DNA of 64,000 bases from a virus. The stretch's first letter is position 1. Every line of letters begins with the position of its first letter. Positions 1 through 10,971 of the stretch are shown piece after piece. The notes beneath the pieces were generated by a model that saw only the letters and a program-made list of their open reading frames with translations, was not told the DNA's origin and did not search any database. The translations under genes and the position numbers were made by a program. The stretch covers positions 45,418 to 109,417 of IMG/VR virus record IMGVR_UViG_3300036818_000127; one strand, given 5' to 3'.

Positions 1-132
1 GTGGAAGCTGCCATACGAGGGGGAACCAATATCAAGACGCTCCAACAAGCGGGTGGCTGGTCAAGTCCCGCTATGCCACTGAGATACGCCGCAAAGGCTG
101 AAATTTCAAATGAAGGAGTAAAACTAGGATGA
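1..132 (+). CDS. 3' end of tyrosine recombinase/integrase (truncated by window edge)
   Basis: Frame 1 reads VEAAIRGGTNIKTLQQAGGWSSPAMPLRYAAKAEISNEGVKLG*. The GGW...M..RY box-II motif carries the catalytic Tyr. The stop overlaps the ATG at 129. Confidence 0.8.
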   Translation: MEAAIRGGTNIKTLQQAGGWSSPAMPLRYAAKAEISNEGVKLG

Positions 133-470
133 ACCAACCAAATGATGACCGCTTCAAGAAGATAGAGGAACGCATTGACAAACTGGAACAAGAGAATACA
201 AAGAGCATAGAAGCTGAGCGGCTCCTGCTCCGGCTATCAAGGATGCATGACGTGAACGTAAAGGAACTGCTCGCCCTTTGCGGAAGGATCGATCTTGATA
301 CAGGAGATGCACGCGAGCGATTTGACGTGATTGAGAGGACTCTTTTCGATCATGGGAATAAGCTTGACAGAATAGAGGAACACCAGTTCAAGCAAGATGA
401 CAGGCTTGGCAGGATAGAGGAATTGCTTGTACAGTTGGTTACTAGACTACCACAGCCAGAGGGGGAATAG
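129..470 (+). CDS. coiled-coil hypothetical protein
   Basis: 113 aa, heptad-like DRxxRIEE repeats, ATGA-coupled to the integrase. Confidence 0.65.
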   Translation: MNQPNDDRFKKIEERIDKLEQENTKSIEAERLLLRLSRMHDVNVKELLALCGRIDLDTGDARERFDVIERTLFDHGNKLDRIEEHQFKQDDRLGRIEELLVQLVTRLPQPEGE

Positions 471-588
471 GGAGATTGACAGACTATCTAGTCTAAAATA
501 TACTTTTATTATCAAACAAAAGTACAGGTCCACCTAGCTCTTGTTTTGCCGCCAGAGAGAAGGCGGCAAATTTCTTGAAAGGACAGCA

Positions 589-1095
589 ATGATTGATGAA
601 TTCCTAGAAAATGCTAAAAATGGAGAGCATGAGGCGCTGAGTGAGATCTATCGGCATTTCTTTCCTAAGATATTTCATTTTATCCTAAAAAGGGTGGGTT
701 TTCATGAAACAGCAGAAGATCTCACCTCAGAGGTTTTTATTCAAATGCTCAAACATATCCGTCTATTTAAATCAGAAAATGCTATGGCGTTTCACAAGTG
801 GCTTTATCAGATTGCGAGGGCAGTGATAGCAGAGCATTACAGAAAAAGAAAAGATATACTCTCACTTGAACAGAATGATGAGAGCATCTTCGATGAAATC
901 GCCCAGCATGAGGCATGGCTGGATCTTGTCCAAGGAATCAACAAGCTCCAAGACTCGCACCGTCAACTCATTATCGACCGCTTTATTTTAGGGTATAATC
1001 AGGCAACCATCGCAAGGCTTACAGGAAAGAAAGAGGGTACAATTAGAGTAACTGAATATCGTGCAACACAAAATCTACGAAAATTGATACGTTGA
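589..1095 (+). CDS. ECF (RpoE-like) sigma-70 factor
   Basis: Region 2 motifs (AEDLTSEVF, FHKWLYQIAR) and region 4 HTH (GYNQATIARLTGKKEGTIRVTEYRA). SD GAAAGGA lies before ATG 589. Confidence 0.9.
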   Translation: MIDEFLENAKNGEHEALSEIYRHFFPKIFHFILKRVGFHETAEDLTSEVFIQMLKHIRLFKSENAMAFHKWLYQIARAVIAEHYRKRKDILSLEQNDESIFDEIAQHEAWLDLVQGINKLQDSHRQLIIDRFILGYNQATIARLTGKKEGTIRVTEYRATQNLRKLIR

Positions 1096-1216
1096 GAAGG
1101 CGGGTTTTATTTTTTTGTTTCAAGAGAAAGCCGCTCGCAGGCAAAGTTGCCAGTACCACGAGCGGCCATATTGTGATCTCCCCAGACACAATAATATCAG
1201 GATACATTATAGCATA

Positions 1217-1360
1217 CTACCTTTTTAGGATGTCCTCTGGGATAGAGAACAGGCCGAGCTGGCCCCGACAGTAGATCTCAGGGTCTATCGGTCGGGCATT
1301 TTCCAGGACAAGCCCATAAGGGCCACAGAACCAAGGATCATCACTCTCTGTCACAGCAGT
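1217..1360 (-). pseudogene. ASCH-domain C-terminal fragment
   Basis: Minus frame reads VTESDDPWFCGPYGLVLENARPIDPEIYCRGQLGLF..*, typical of an ASCH C-terminus. No intact N-terminal half is in frame. Confidence 0.5.
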
Positions 1361-1405
1361 CGCACCACACAAGCTCTCGTACAATTTTTTCACAGATATC
1401 GCACT

Positions 1406-3850
1406 TCATAGTCCCTCACTTAGTACATTCTCTAGTACTAACTGTACTGCATTTTTCTTATCCCAGAGCTTCGCCAGCATACGGGCATGATCAGCTTTCT
1501 CTATAGCATCTGTCTCTTTTTGATAGAGACTCTCAACCCTCCTGATTTCATATTCATATACCCATAGCTGAGATCGAATAAGATCCTCTAATGAAAATGG
1601 CATTACTGTTTCCTCCATGCCAAGTCCCATTGTGTACTAAGAGTCTGCTTTACAAGATTATATGCATAGGGACTAGATCCGCCATAGACCCAGAACCTTG
1701 AAAAGTGTACTGGTACCCATCGGCCTTCTTCATGGTCCCGACCAGCTAAGAAGTTTACCTCTGTCCCATACTCATCTATATAGTGGTACTGAGCGGGGAG
1801 TAGATAGGTGGAACTAAATTTCCTAGCTGCTGCCTGGAAACTCAGATGGAATCCGAGAGTTTCCAGTAGTGCGGTCACCTCCCTGACTGGAGGACATGTT
1901 CCACAAAATGCATCCAGATTAGCAAGGGTTGCTGTTTTGATCATGGTACCTCCTATTCATCTCCGTGATAATCAGTTTCGTTGTAACATTCATAAGCACT
2001 AGACAAGTCACGTTCCCATGCTGCCTCATTAGCATCTTTCATATCCGCCAATGATACAGGACTTTCTGCTAGTTGCTCTTCTATTCTATGAGTCAGATAG
2101 CCCATGAGAGCGGAGTCTATATGAAAATCATGTTGACTTCCATGCAACTCATCGTCCTCGAAGTCCTCTGGGGAACCATTATAGTCATTATAACTCTTCA
2201 TGAGGGCACGACGGTCTTCTAGGGCGGGCACCGATTTCGTCAGATCAAAATCATTGCAACCGTGATTACTAAAGCTATCTGAAGCAAGCTTTAGGAGTTC
2301 TATGAGAAGCTTCGCCTCAGCATCGGTAAGTGTAATGTTATGCATTGCTTACTCCTGCCTCTCAAAAGACCCTGTTTCAACAAAGCTTTGGAGGTATGGC
2401 AAAAGTGCTGCAACCTGCTCTCGCGAAAAGTGGGTAAAGGGCGCATGGAGGCTAATGTTGTCCTCTTCTCTTATCGCACACCGTAAAGAGTCTTTTTGTG
2501 CAACTATAGTGAATTTCTCATTATAGTTGGCTATAAAGGAAATGTACTGATCCCCAGTGGGGGAAACGCCTGTTTCAATGTTCACTTTGTTTCTCTTTTC
2601 TTGAGCCGTGATCTTTTTCTCCTGTGGGGCTTGTTAGGCCCCACTACTAACTAACTATCCTCTAGCTAAAATCAGAAGCACTGTAACGATGTATGGAAGT
2701 TGAACTTTCACATTCAAAACAGTAGTAAGTGTCATCTCCTGGAACCATATACATCCCGTGAGAATTGGATTGATTGTTCATATCATCATTCCACTCGTCC
2801 CAATTCATAGCATGCCCACATTCAAACAGAACAGTACGATTGCCGAGTGGATTGCTCTCCCAAAACCTCCTGACTATGAGTCTCCCCTCTTCTATGCGGT
2901 CTAGCTCATTAGCAGTAAGTCTCATGCTGCTTGAGGATATCTCGCCCCGACTATCAGCACATACAATATGGATACCCTCTCGGGTAATCTCTGCAATGGT
3001 GGAGCTGACCTCCATAGTGCTCGTATTAAGGCTTTCACGAAGCCTCAAATACAAGATGCCTCTTTCAAAACTGATGATATGTCTCTCGTTCATTTGTTCC
3101 TACTTTCCTGTAAATTTCACATTATACACATGAGGGCTCAAGATATTGACCTTTTGCTCAAGCCCATCTCTATCTATGAAAACTACGATTTGAGTATCAT
3201 ATGCGCCAATCTTCACTTTTCCACCTAGAGAGAGGACTTTTCCACTCTCTTTGACATACCTTCCGGTCTGCGTGTATGATCCGTGTGTAATCCTCATTTT
3301 AGTTGCTCCCCTTATGACTCTCGAAGTGCTACTTCAATAGTCATCAAAGACTGAACCTGATGGTAGAGGTCCATACTTTTTGTATGTGCTGCTACCCATC
3401 CATTTTTGTTGATTAAAGAGTCTGTTAGATCTCGCTGAAGATCTAATGCTTTGTTCAATGCTGAGATTGTATTGAGCAAGGACAATCTCCCTACTCCTAT
3501 TGATGAATCTATCCTATAAAACATTGATTTTTCCTTTACTGTTTCCTAACTTACTGAATACGGGCAGAAAATCCGCGTTTCGCTGGGACATAGGTCAATG
3601 TCCATCCGCTTGAAGTAAAGAGATTTCTGATTGTCATATACTGACTTGCTGCTTCGCTAACTGTGAGATTGTATCTCTGAATGTAACTCTGATTTCCTCT
3701 CATAACCTCATGACAGATTGCTACCCAAGTGAGCCACTGCTGAAGATGTTTTTGACTCCAACTTCGTGTAAACTCTTTATGATCTTTTGCTACCTCATAC
3801 TCAAGCATTGATGTAACTGCTTCTTTGGTCCATGCTAATGGTGCTTTCAT
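1406..3850 (-). other. operon of small phage-like hypothetical ORFs (1406-1630, 1603-1944, 1953-2345, 2349-2585, 2662-3093, 3100-3297, 3312-3524, 3551-3850)
   Basis: Closely packed co-oriented ORFs with SD sites, downstream of the conserved promoter at 3904-3932. Confidence 0.7.
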
Positions 3851-3903
3851 TTTGTTTTTCCTTTGCTATTTAACTAACTTGATTAACTTCTTGATCTACT
3901 AGA

Positions 3904-3932
3904 AGTATATCATATCTTCCATAAACTGTCAA
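3904..3932 (-). promoter_or_regulatory. conserved early promoter, copy 1 (TTGACA-gtttatggaagatatga-TATACT)
   Basis: -35/-10 with 17-nt conserved spacer. An inverted partial copy lies at 3948-3964. Confidence 0.85.
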
Positions 3933-3967
3933 GGGTTTGAAGGGCAATTTATGGAAGATATGCTCTT

Positions 3968-6900
3968 TTACCATAAATTGGTTTGAACGGCTGCTGCTAC
4001 CTTTTTAGCTTTCCGTGTCCTCTTCAAGGCATCTCGCTTAGCCCTCAGAGCTGCCCAGGGGTCCTGAGTAAGTGCTACTGGTATGATTATCATGGGCTCA
4101 ACTGATCCCTTCAATGGCTCTGTGGTAATGTCTCCTGCAAGTGGTATCTCCATATCCTCCTGCTCAGGATCGGCATCGGCTGTGATGTATTCATTCCGTG
4201 CAAGGGCTGCTTCCTCAGATGCTTTGAATTGCCTCTGGAGTTCTTCGGCCTCGGCCATCAGGTCGGCTGTGTTATTTTTCCCGCTATCAAGGGCTTCCTT
4301 GACCTGTCGGGCAAGGGCAATTGAGAAGCTACTATCGCTGTCCCCTTCATCTACTCCAAAGGAGACAAGTCCCTCTCCTGGTAGCTGGCCCTCAACCATA
4401 AAGGCAGTTTCCATCTTCCGTGACATTAATAACAAGAGACGCTGCTCCATTGTCGGGTAGACTAATATGATGACCTTGGTGTGCTTTGTCTGCTTTGGTC
4501 TATGTATCCTTCTAAAGGATTGCCGCATCTGGGATGTCGATGTCGGGACCTCAGAACAGATAATCGTGTGGAAGTCTATTAGGTCGAGACCTACTTGGAC
4601 CAGGGCGCTATTGCAGATAAGAACATTGCATCCGTTCTCGACATGCTTCTTGAGTACTGCTTCCCTTCCTAATGTATTACCTGATCTCAGGATAGCAACC
4701 TGGGGGATGTTCCCATTGCGAGGGCGGACGTGAGTCTCTATCAGGGACTTATAGCGGGGCTGGATATCATGCTCCCCTGTATTTTCGCAGTAGATGATAA
4801 CCTTTCTGTCCTGCTCCAGCTCCCCTTGGATAATGTCAATTATCCTTTGCTCTTTGGGATAGATCTCTGACTCATCGAGCTTCCTAGCCGTTCCAAGAAT
4901 GTAGCCTGTCTTTTTGACTGAGCAGACAGTCTCTTCAAAGGGCATATTAGGGTAGCGCCTCAAACATTGGAACCAAGAACCTAATGCCCTCTTATCCCCT
5001 AGTACTAGCATTGCAGCTAACTCAGCAGTGATTGTACTCTCAAACGATTTATATGCTTCTTCCAGGGGTCCCGACATTGGAATGATGTCTACCTCTTCAG
5101 AGTAGGGAGGTAAGTACGGGGCCACATCTTTAAGCTCCAGGAAGGCAGATCGTTCAAACAAAGGCGGAAGGCCATTCGGTGAGAATGCGGCCATCTCATG
5201 TTCTTCTCCACGACCGCTGGACTTTTTCTTGCTTATAGCTCCATCTCCGCCGCTATCTAAGTCATCCTTCTTTTCCTTAATCACAGTTTTTCTGGCTCCG
5301 TACCGATCAACCCATTCCCTCATGCCATCATAAGAGAATTGCTGGCGGACATCTGGATTAATACTCCAGGCGAAGGGGAATAATGATGAGGCATACCCAT
5401 TACATAAGGTCCCCGTTAGACCTAAGTAGGATTCGCATGCTCCCATCAGGGAACGTCGGGCAAAGTCGAGGGCTGTCCCCTCCTTCCCTTGGTGGATCTC
5501 ATCGCTGATCAGGAGTTTGAAGAAACCTGAATGAAACTTTCTAATATAGTCGGCCACGCTGAACCGTCGAAAGCTGGTATCCTTGACAGTCTTAGGGAGA
5601 CTTCCAAGGCTGTCTGGAAGAGGGAGGGCAACTACTGCATCGCCACTTCTCAATACTGACTTAGGCTCAAAGTCCTTCCCTGTCGTGTACTGCCATAAGG
5701 GACCACCGCAGGAACCGCACCATCTCTTTTTGTGCTTTTTAGCACTGATCCACAATTCTTGTTCAGTGACGTAAGCTCCTTCATCCTCATCCATCTCTTC
5801 TTCTATTGAAGAGAGGGCTTTTCCATTTCGCTTCTTGCGTGCTATCTGATCCTTTTTTCTTTTGTAGTCAGGATTGCTTTTCATTAAGCGATCAATGCGT
5901 GCCTGATCCTTTACAGGAGCAAAACAGCTCGGGCAGCATGGTGTCAATCTAGGAAGTTTCGTTTCCTCGTCATGCTGTACTGCCACCTTTCCATTCGCAT
6001 CTAGTGTTCGCATTGGGGAAAGCCGATATGCCAACGTCCAGGCCATACTCAACTTGGCCGTCCCATTAGGGATAATGACTAGGTGACATGGCTTCTGAGG
6101 AAGTGGGCGACCATGCAATTTTGCTTCATCATATTGCTGCCGCCAGTCCTGGAGTTCATAGTCAATCCTTTTGATAACCCTCTCAATACATCCGACTGCC
6201 GACAGTTTCTCGCCTCTCCAGAATGGATCAAATTGCCTTAGCTCTCTTGACTTCTCAGGAGTATCAATTCTCTGAACAACAATCGCATGGACATTTGGGA
6301 TAGTATCCTCTGCCTCGCGTTTCCATTTGTACGCGATGATCTCTGGGACCATCACGACAGCTGGGGAAAGCTCAATCTTCTTAGCTGTTGAGGGAAGCAT
6401 GTCAGCACAGCCATTCAGGTCCATATCCCCTAAGAAGAGGGTGGATAGGGATAAGTAGGTCTTGCCAGTCGCCATCTCGGCGATCTCACCGACCCTATTC
6501 ATAGGAGCATGATCTTTCCCTCCGACCATTGCATTCACAATAGCAAGGATAAAGCCTTTCTGTCTACCGAGCGGTTGACGTAGCATCCGAGAGAAGGCGG
6601 CGTTGGCCCAGGGGACTTGAGACGGGCTGTGATAGAGCGGGGGATTGCTCTCTAACAGCTTCTCTGTTAGGGCTCCACCAAAGTTATCCAGGAAGGAACG
6701 AAGAGACATTGTTTCATGGGGAATGCTGAGCATCCCGACCATTGGCCCTGTTTCAATCCTGATAAGCTGACCGAGGGTATCACCTTCTGTCATATCGATA
6801 CACCAGAGGGATGACTCGAAGCTATCACGTTTCTCTGTGATGATATTCTCTTCATCTTCAGAGACCTTGGTCACTTTGCGCTTTCTTGAGAAGCCCTTTA

Positions 6901-7966
6901 CAACTACTGTACGGCCATCTTTACCTACAAGATAGGCCCCATTGACTATTCCAGCAGCAGCCATGATGGCCCGATGCCCATCTTTAAGTGGCTGGACGGG
7001 CCGACCAGAGGCATTGCCTCTATCTTGATCAGACGGCCAGTGAAGAGCCTTATATTGCAGTTTGCTATAGACCCCATTCGCTGGAAGGCTAGCACCCTGC
7101 GGAACTGCAAGGAGTGCAGCAGCCTCTTCTGGATCGAACCTGCTCGGAGACCAATACTTGATAGCAGATCTTGCTATGGGGATAGAATACTGTCCATATC
7201 CATCACTCCGTGAAGTCACAGCCTCGATGGGTGAAATGTCATCATGGGGGTTATCTGTTGTGCCAAGCTCAATGAGGACTTTCTCTGTAGACCGATCTGA
7301 TCGCTGGCCGAATCCCTTCTGGGCAATCACGACGACCTGATCAAACATCTCAAACATGGGGACAGGCTTCTCTTTGTTCTCTACCATCTCAGGCGTGGCA
7401 AAGGGAGTATCAGGGAACCGCAGCACCTTGATGTCGGTGTACCACTGAGAAAGATATGATGCCCCTTTCTCAACGATCCATTGTGGGACAATCCAAATCA
7501 GGACCCCGCCAGGACATAATTTCTTCGTAGTTCGTCTGAGGAAAGTCAATTCTAGCCGCTCGCCGCCGGACTCTTTGTCCCAATCATATGGCGGGTTTAC
7601 GAATGCCAACTGGAACCCGCCATCAAGAGAGTCCCCGCTAGAGATAAGAGACTGGAAGAATGATGCATGCAGGACATCATCTAGAACTTTCCTCGCAGCC
7701 TTTACCCGCGAGATATTGGGCTCGATGCCATGGGTGAGGACTTGAGGGAATGTGTGACAGTAGTGCCACATCTGCTGAATGTGCTCTCTGTATTCCTTGG
7801 CGAGAAGTTCTAAGGCTCTCCCCTTGCCTGCACATGGATCAAGAAACCTCATCTCTTGAGCATCCCCTGATGGGTAGCGGCAACTGAGGTATTGAGCTAT
7901 CATCGATATAACTGGCTCAGGGGTTGGGTAGTACAACCCTTTGACCTGTGATTCTGTCCTAGGCAT
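3968..7966 (-). CDS. N6-adenine methyltransferase (DUF6094-like) fused to SNF2/SF2 helicase
   Basis: N-term LYYPTP, FLDPCAGKG and NPPY; helicase motifs EMATGKT, DEIH, LTGT, QVGLDL, QSFRRIHR; CxxC pairs. Confidence 0.85.
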   Translation of the reverse strand: MPRTESQVKGLYYPTPEPVISMIAQYLSCRYPSGDAQEMRFLDPCAGKGRALELLAKEYREHIQQMWHYCHTFPQVLTHGIEPNISRVKAARKVLDDVLHASFFQSLISSGDSLDGGFQLAFVNPPYDWDKESGGERLELTFLRRTTKKLCPGGVLIWIVPQWIVEKGASYLSQWYTDIKVLRFPDTPFATPEMVENKEKPVPMFEMFDQVVVIAQKGFGQRSDRSTEKVLIELGTTDNPHDDISPIEAVTSRSDGYGQYSIPIARSAIKYWSPSRFDPEEAAALLAVPQGASLPANGVYSKLQYKALHWPSDQDRGNASGRPVQPLKDGHRAIMAAAGIVNGAYLVGKDGRTVVVKGFSRKRKVTKVSEDEENIITEKRDSFESSLWCIDMTEGDTLGQLIRIETGPMVGMLSIPHETMSLRSFLDNFGGALTEKLLESNPPLYHSPSQVPWANAAFSRMLRQPLGRQKGFILAIVNAMVGGKDHAPMNRVGEIAEMATGKTYLSLSTLFLGDMDLNGCADMLPSTAKKIELSPAVVMVPEIIAYKWKREAEDTIPNVHAIVVQRIDTPEKSRELRQFDPFWRGEKLSAVGCIERVIKRIDYELQDWRQQYDEAKLHGRPLPQKPCHLVIIPNGTAKLSMAWTLAYRLSPMRTLDANGKVAVQHDEETKLPRLTPCCPSCFAPVKDQARIDRLMKSNPDYKRKKDQIARKKRNGKALSSIEEEMDEDEGAYVTEQELWISAKKHKKRWCGSCGGPLWQYTTGKDFEPKSVLRSGDAVVALPLPDSLGSLPKTVKDTSFRRFSVADYIRKFHSGFFKLLISDEIHQGKEGTALDFARRSLMGACESYLGLTGTLCNGYASSLFPFAWSINPDVRQQFSYDGMREWVDRYGARKTVIKEKKDDLDSGGDGAISKKKSSGRGEEHEMAAFSPNGLPPLFERSAFLELKDVAPYLPPYSEEVDIIPMSGPLEEAYKSFESTITAELAAMLVLGDKRALGSWFQCLRRYPNMPFEETVCSVKKTGYILGTARKLDESEIYPKEQRIIDIIQGELEQDRKVIIYCENTGEHDIQPRYKSLIETHVRPRNGNIPQVAILRSGNTLGREAVLKKHVENGCNVLICNSALVQVGLDLIDFHTIICSEVPTSTSQMRQSFRRIHRPKQTKHTKVIILVYPTMEQRLLLLMSRKMETAFMVEGQLPGEGLVSFGVDEGDSDSSFSIALARQVKEALDSGKNNTADLMAEAEELQRQFKASEEAALARNEYITADADPEQEDMEIPLAGDITTEPLKGSVEPMIIIPVALTQDPWAALRAKRDALKRTRKAKKVAAAVQTNLW

Positions 7967-7978
7967 GACTTATACTCC

Positions 7979-8338
7979 TTATTTCACGCTGTATGTGTTT
8001 GAAACTGCATCAAAGGAAAATACTACAAATGACTGACGTGAGAACCTGACTATTTTGCTTATATGTTCCTGATAATCACTACCTGTATCGCCATCCCGTT
8101 GGACCCTATCAAGTGTCTGGCAAAGCTCATTAAGAGCATTCTTGAGATCTTTTATGGACCTTGCATACCATTGACGAAACCCCTTTGTAGTCTCTGGGAA
8201 TGTACAATAGCCGCTCTCTACAAGGCTCTTGCGGATACTCTCAATTGCACTTGATATTTCTCTGTTTGATCCTTTTCCGTACTGCTTTTCTAAGGCATTG
8301 ATCTCTTTTACCAGTTTTGCAACTTCTGTTTTATTCAT
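7979..8338 (-). CDS. hypothetical protein
   Basis: 119-aa ORF with SD, first gene after promoter 8389-8417. Confidence 0.65.
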   Translation of the reverse strand: MNKTEVAKLVKEINALEKQYGKGSNREISSAIESIRKSLVESGYCTFPETTKGFRQWYARSIKDLKNALNELCQTLDRVQRDGDTGSDYQEHISKIVRFSRQSFVVFSFDAVSNTYSVK

Positions 8339-8388
8339 TTTTGCTTGCTCCTTTGATACTAACTTGACTAACTTCTTGATCTACTAGT

Positions 8389-8417
8389 AGTATAGCATAT
8401 CTTCCATAAACTGTCAA
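8389..8417 (-). promoter_or_regulatory. conserved early promoter, copy 2
   Basis: TTGACA-gtttatggaagatatgc-TATACT on the minus strand. Confidence 0.85.
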
Positions 8418-8495
8418 GCATAAAAGAGGTATTTAGGGCAATGTTTGGAAATAAGAAAAACTGGAGCAAGTATCGAACCTGCTCCAGGATGGGGG

Positions 8496-9272
8496 TTATG
8501 CGGCGACTTCTTCCCTGCTTCCCTCTCTGATGTATAATGAGAGGTCTTTCATTATCTTCTCAAGATCTGGGAAGCAGAGATAGGCGGAAGCTACTAGTGA
8601 GCTGGTTCCATCTGGAGTAAAGGCCCAGACTTCCAGTTCCTCTATCTCTGGGGTTTTAAGGGCACGATCCCAAAGGAATGGTGCCCACTCATCAATCAGG
8701 GGAAATGGACATCTCTTGTCCAAATAGGAGAGGTGAAGCTTGCTGGCCTCTTCTCCTGGAGGGACCATCATAAAAAAGATCGGTCGGCGATCAATCACGC
8801 GGGCCACCTTCTCCGACATCTCGCCTTCCTTTGAAGCCACCTGCCGTAGCTTCTTACTGCCCCCATCTTGGGGAGTAACCTTCTTGACCTTGATAGCCTG
8901 CTGGGGGTCCCAAAGAGAAATGGCGTTGCTTTCAACTAGGGCATGGATTGCCTTGTTGGTCCCAAATTCCGCAAAAGAGCAGGACCAACTTGGAGACATC
9001 CCAGGCATGCGCCCACTTCGATGCATGAGAGCAACTGGCCCGAGATCTTCGATATAGATCTCTCTAATGGATGGCTGGCTCACCAATCCTGCAAAGATAG
9101 CATTCAGGCTTGATCCACTACCCTTCGGGCCAAACATTGAGAGGTAGTATAGCTCGTGCCTTCGTGTATCATCCTGCATGGTTTGCCTCTCCTTAGAGAA
9201 GATAGCCATATTAATGTATGCTTGAAATTGTGCTGACCCTTTATCGAATAGGGTGATCTGACGTACTGACAT
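8496..9272 (-). CDS. hypothetical mobile-element protein with N-terminal clamp-binding-like motif (QITLF)
   Basis: 258-aa ORF with GGAGG SD. Confidence 0.65.
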   Translation of the reverse strand: MSVRQITLFDKGSAQFQAYINMAIFSKERQTMQDDTRRHELYYLSMFGPKGSGSSLNAIFAGLVSQPSIREIYIEDLGPVALMHRSGRMPGMSPSWSCSFAEFGTNKAIHALVESNAISLWDPQQAIKVKKVTPQDGGSKKLRQVASKEGEMSEKVARVIDRRPIFFMMVPPGEEASKLHLSYLDKRCPFPLIDEWAPFLWDRALKTPEIEELEVWAFTPDGTSSLVASAYLCFPDLEKIMKDLSLYIREGSREEVAA

Positions 9273-9319
9273 GTGGTACCTCCTAGGGGTATCCTGAGAT
9301 ACCCCATCACATAAAGCAT

Positions 9320-9961
9320 TTAAGCCCCTTTACGGTTCGCTTGCACTCTCTTATTTAGTTCCGCTATAAGCTTTACCATATCCCCAAAAGACAATCCTTC
9401 TAAATCAACATCAGGTAAATTAAGCATCTGATGCAGCTTTTTTACGCTCGCAATCTGTTGAACCGTAGCTGGTGCTTCTGGATCATAGGAGGGCTTGCGT
9501 TCTTGACGTTGAACAGGAGCATCGGCCAGCCGCTCGCCTTCCTCTAACTCATCGCCGCAAAACTGAGTTCCATAGCCTAGCCCGACTAGAGCCCTGCCGA
9601 TGGCACCTGTCTCTGCCTTCTCTAGGTAGTCAGGGAAGCAGGCCGCATTCTCGGTTTTAGTGCCTGTTGAGCTACCTCCCTTGCCGTCGGTAACTATTGC
9701 CCTAAAGACTGCAACTCCACGGGCTTTCTTGATAACCTTGTCATAGCGGCGCTTCTCATCATTCCAGACACTAACCTCAGTCTCACACTCTTCCGAGCGA
9801 TTGAGATCGAGTAACTCAGTCGTGATTGTGCCCTCTGGACATTGCTCTCTAAACCATACCAATCGCCACGCAACGGGGAGGTAGTCCTTGGGTCCCTGCT
9901 GAGACTTGAGCTGAATGATATGAGAATTAGGGTTGAACACTTTATCAATGGTAGTATTCAT
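9320..9961 (-). CDS. Rad52/Sak-like single-strand annealing protein
   Basis: KDYLPVAWRLVWFRE...AVFRAIV...YLEKAETGAIGRALVGLGYG pattern of phage Rad52-fold recombinases. Confidence 0.7.
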   Translation of the reverse strand: MNTTIDKVFNPNSHIIQLKSQQGPKDYLPVAWRLVWFREQCPEGTITTELLDLNRSEECETEVSVWNDEKRRYDKVIKKARGVAVFRAIVTDGKGGSSTGTKTENAACFPDYLEKAETGAIGRALVGLGYGTQFCGDELEEGERLADAPVQRQERKPSYDPEAPATVQQIASVKKLHQMLNLPDVDLEGLSFGDMVKLIAELNKRVQANRKGA

Positions 9962-10390
9962 ATCGTCCTTTCTGGAGACCCATTCCCTTCAGGGATTGGG
10001 AGGAAAGAAACAGCCCGCAGGCTGGATCTATACTGTTCTGTTGCTAGTCCCTTGCGGGAGGGCCTTTTTAGGAGAAAGACCCAGAAAACTCTTGCTCGAT
10101 TGCGAGCCGCCGTGTCTAAGCACGGGTGATATGACCCTTCGAGATGGCAATACAGGCATAGGTCCGAGACCGTCTGCTTCGGCGTGGCAGGTAGTGGTTT
10201 AGACTAGGGTGGCATCCAAACATACTTTCGCTACTTCCACTAGCACATAAGCCTGTGGGTTCGCTATTTCTTAGCCCGTATCGCTGCTGCTTGTGCGGTG
10301 AGTTGCCTCTCCGACCAAGCCCTCTAGACAGGAACTTACGTTGCGCTAGCCGTTTCGCAAGCCCCTAGGATTTATCCAGGGGTTCTTGAC
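9962..10390 (-). mobile_element. non-autonomous IS200/IS605-family element carrying an IscB/IsrB-type omegaRNA, no ORF
   Basis: Minus strand starts GTCAAGAACCCCTGGATAAATCCTAGGGGCTTG (omegaRNA-type 5' hairpin). It ends ATCCAGCCTGCGGGCT..TTCTTTCCTCCCAA..AAGGGAATGGGT.TCCAGAAAGGA, nearly identical to the end of the element at 46982-47404. Confidence 0.7.
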
Positions 10391-10450
10391 TATTTTCTGA
10401 TCCTTCTCTTTGGGAGGGCTCTTTGACGAATCCTCCCGACAATATACTGC

Positions 10451-10867
10451 TTACTCTATTACTATTCCTTTTCCAGAGACCTCTTTCCCGATCCACTCAA
10501 AAGGTGTCTTGATCGAGAAGCCTTGAGTATCCGCGATGCCCCTGGAAAAGTAGAGAACCTTGTCATCAACTAGCCGCGTCACCTGCAGCCTCTGATTGAC
10601 AGGCAAACCATTTTTCCCATTTCGATAGCTAATCCACCGGATGTCCTCTACTTTATAGAGGATGCAGCCGACTTCTAGAATATCGCCGACTACTGCCTTG
10701 TAGATACTGCTGCAGGTCGGCTTTATTTTCTTCTGTCCTTTTGGGGCAATGATCATTAGTCCTGTGCCGCCGCATCCATAGCAGACAGTTCCATGCCTTA
10801 AGTTAAAACTGTATGATCCAGAGCCATGGCACCGTGTGCATTCTTTTGTGTTAATGGTAGCAATCAT
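10451..10867 (-). CDS. phage protein with DnaJ-type CxxCxGxG zinc finger
   Basis: CTRCHGSG...CYGCGGTG. Confidence 0.65.
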   Translation of the reverse strand: MIATINTKECTRCHGSGSYSFNLRHGTVCYGCGGTGLMIIAPKGQKKIKPTCSSIYKAVVGDILEVGCILYKVEDIRWISYRNGKNGLPVNQRLQVTRLVDDKVLYFSRGIADTQGFSIKTPFEWIGKEVSGKGIVIE

Positions 10868-10942
10868 TTTGTTTACTCCTTATGATATACTTCCTTCACT
10901 ATGGGAAGGTATGCTACTTATTTCTCTTGTTTACTAGTAGTA

Positions 10943-10971
10943 AGTATAGCATATCTTCCATAAACTGTCAA
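10943..10971 (-). promoter_or_regulatory. conserved early promoter, copy 3
   Basis: exact 29-mer consensus. Confidence 0.85.

Noticed and set aside
4083-7340. Plus-strand ORFs inside the helicase gene (and similar antisense ORFs within polA, parA and the ATPase)
   Set aside because: They are shadow ORFs opposite well-supported genes.
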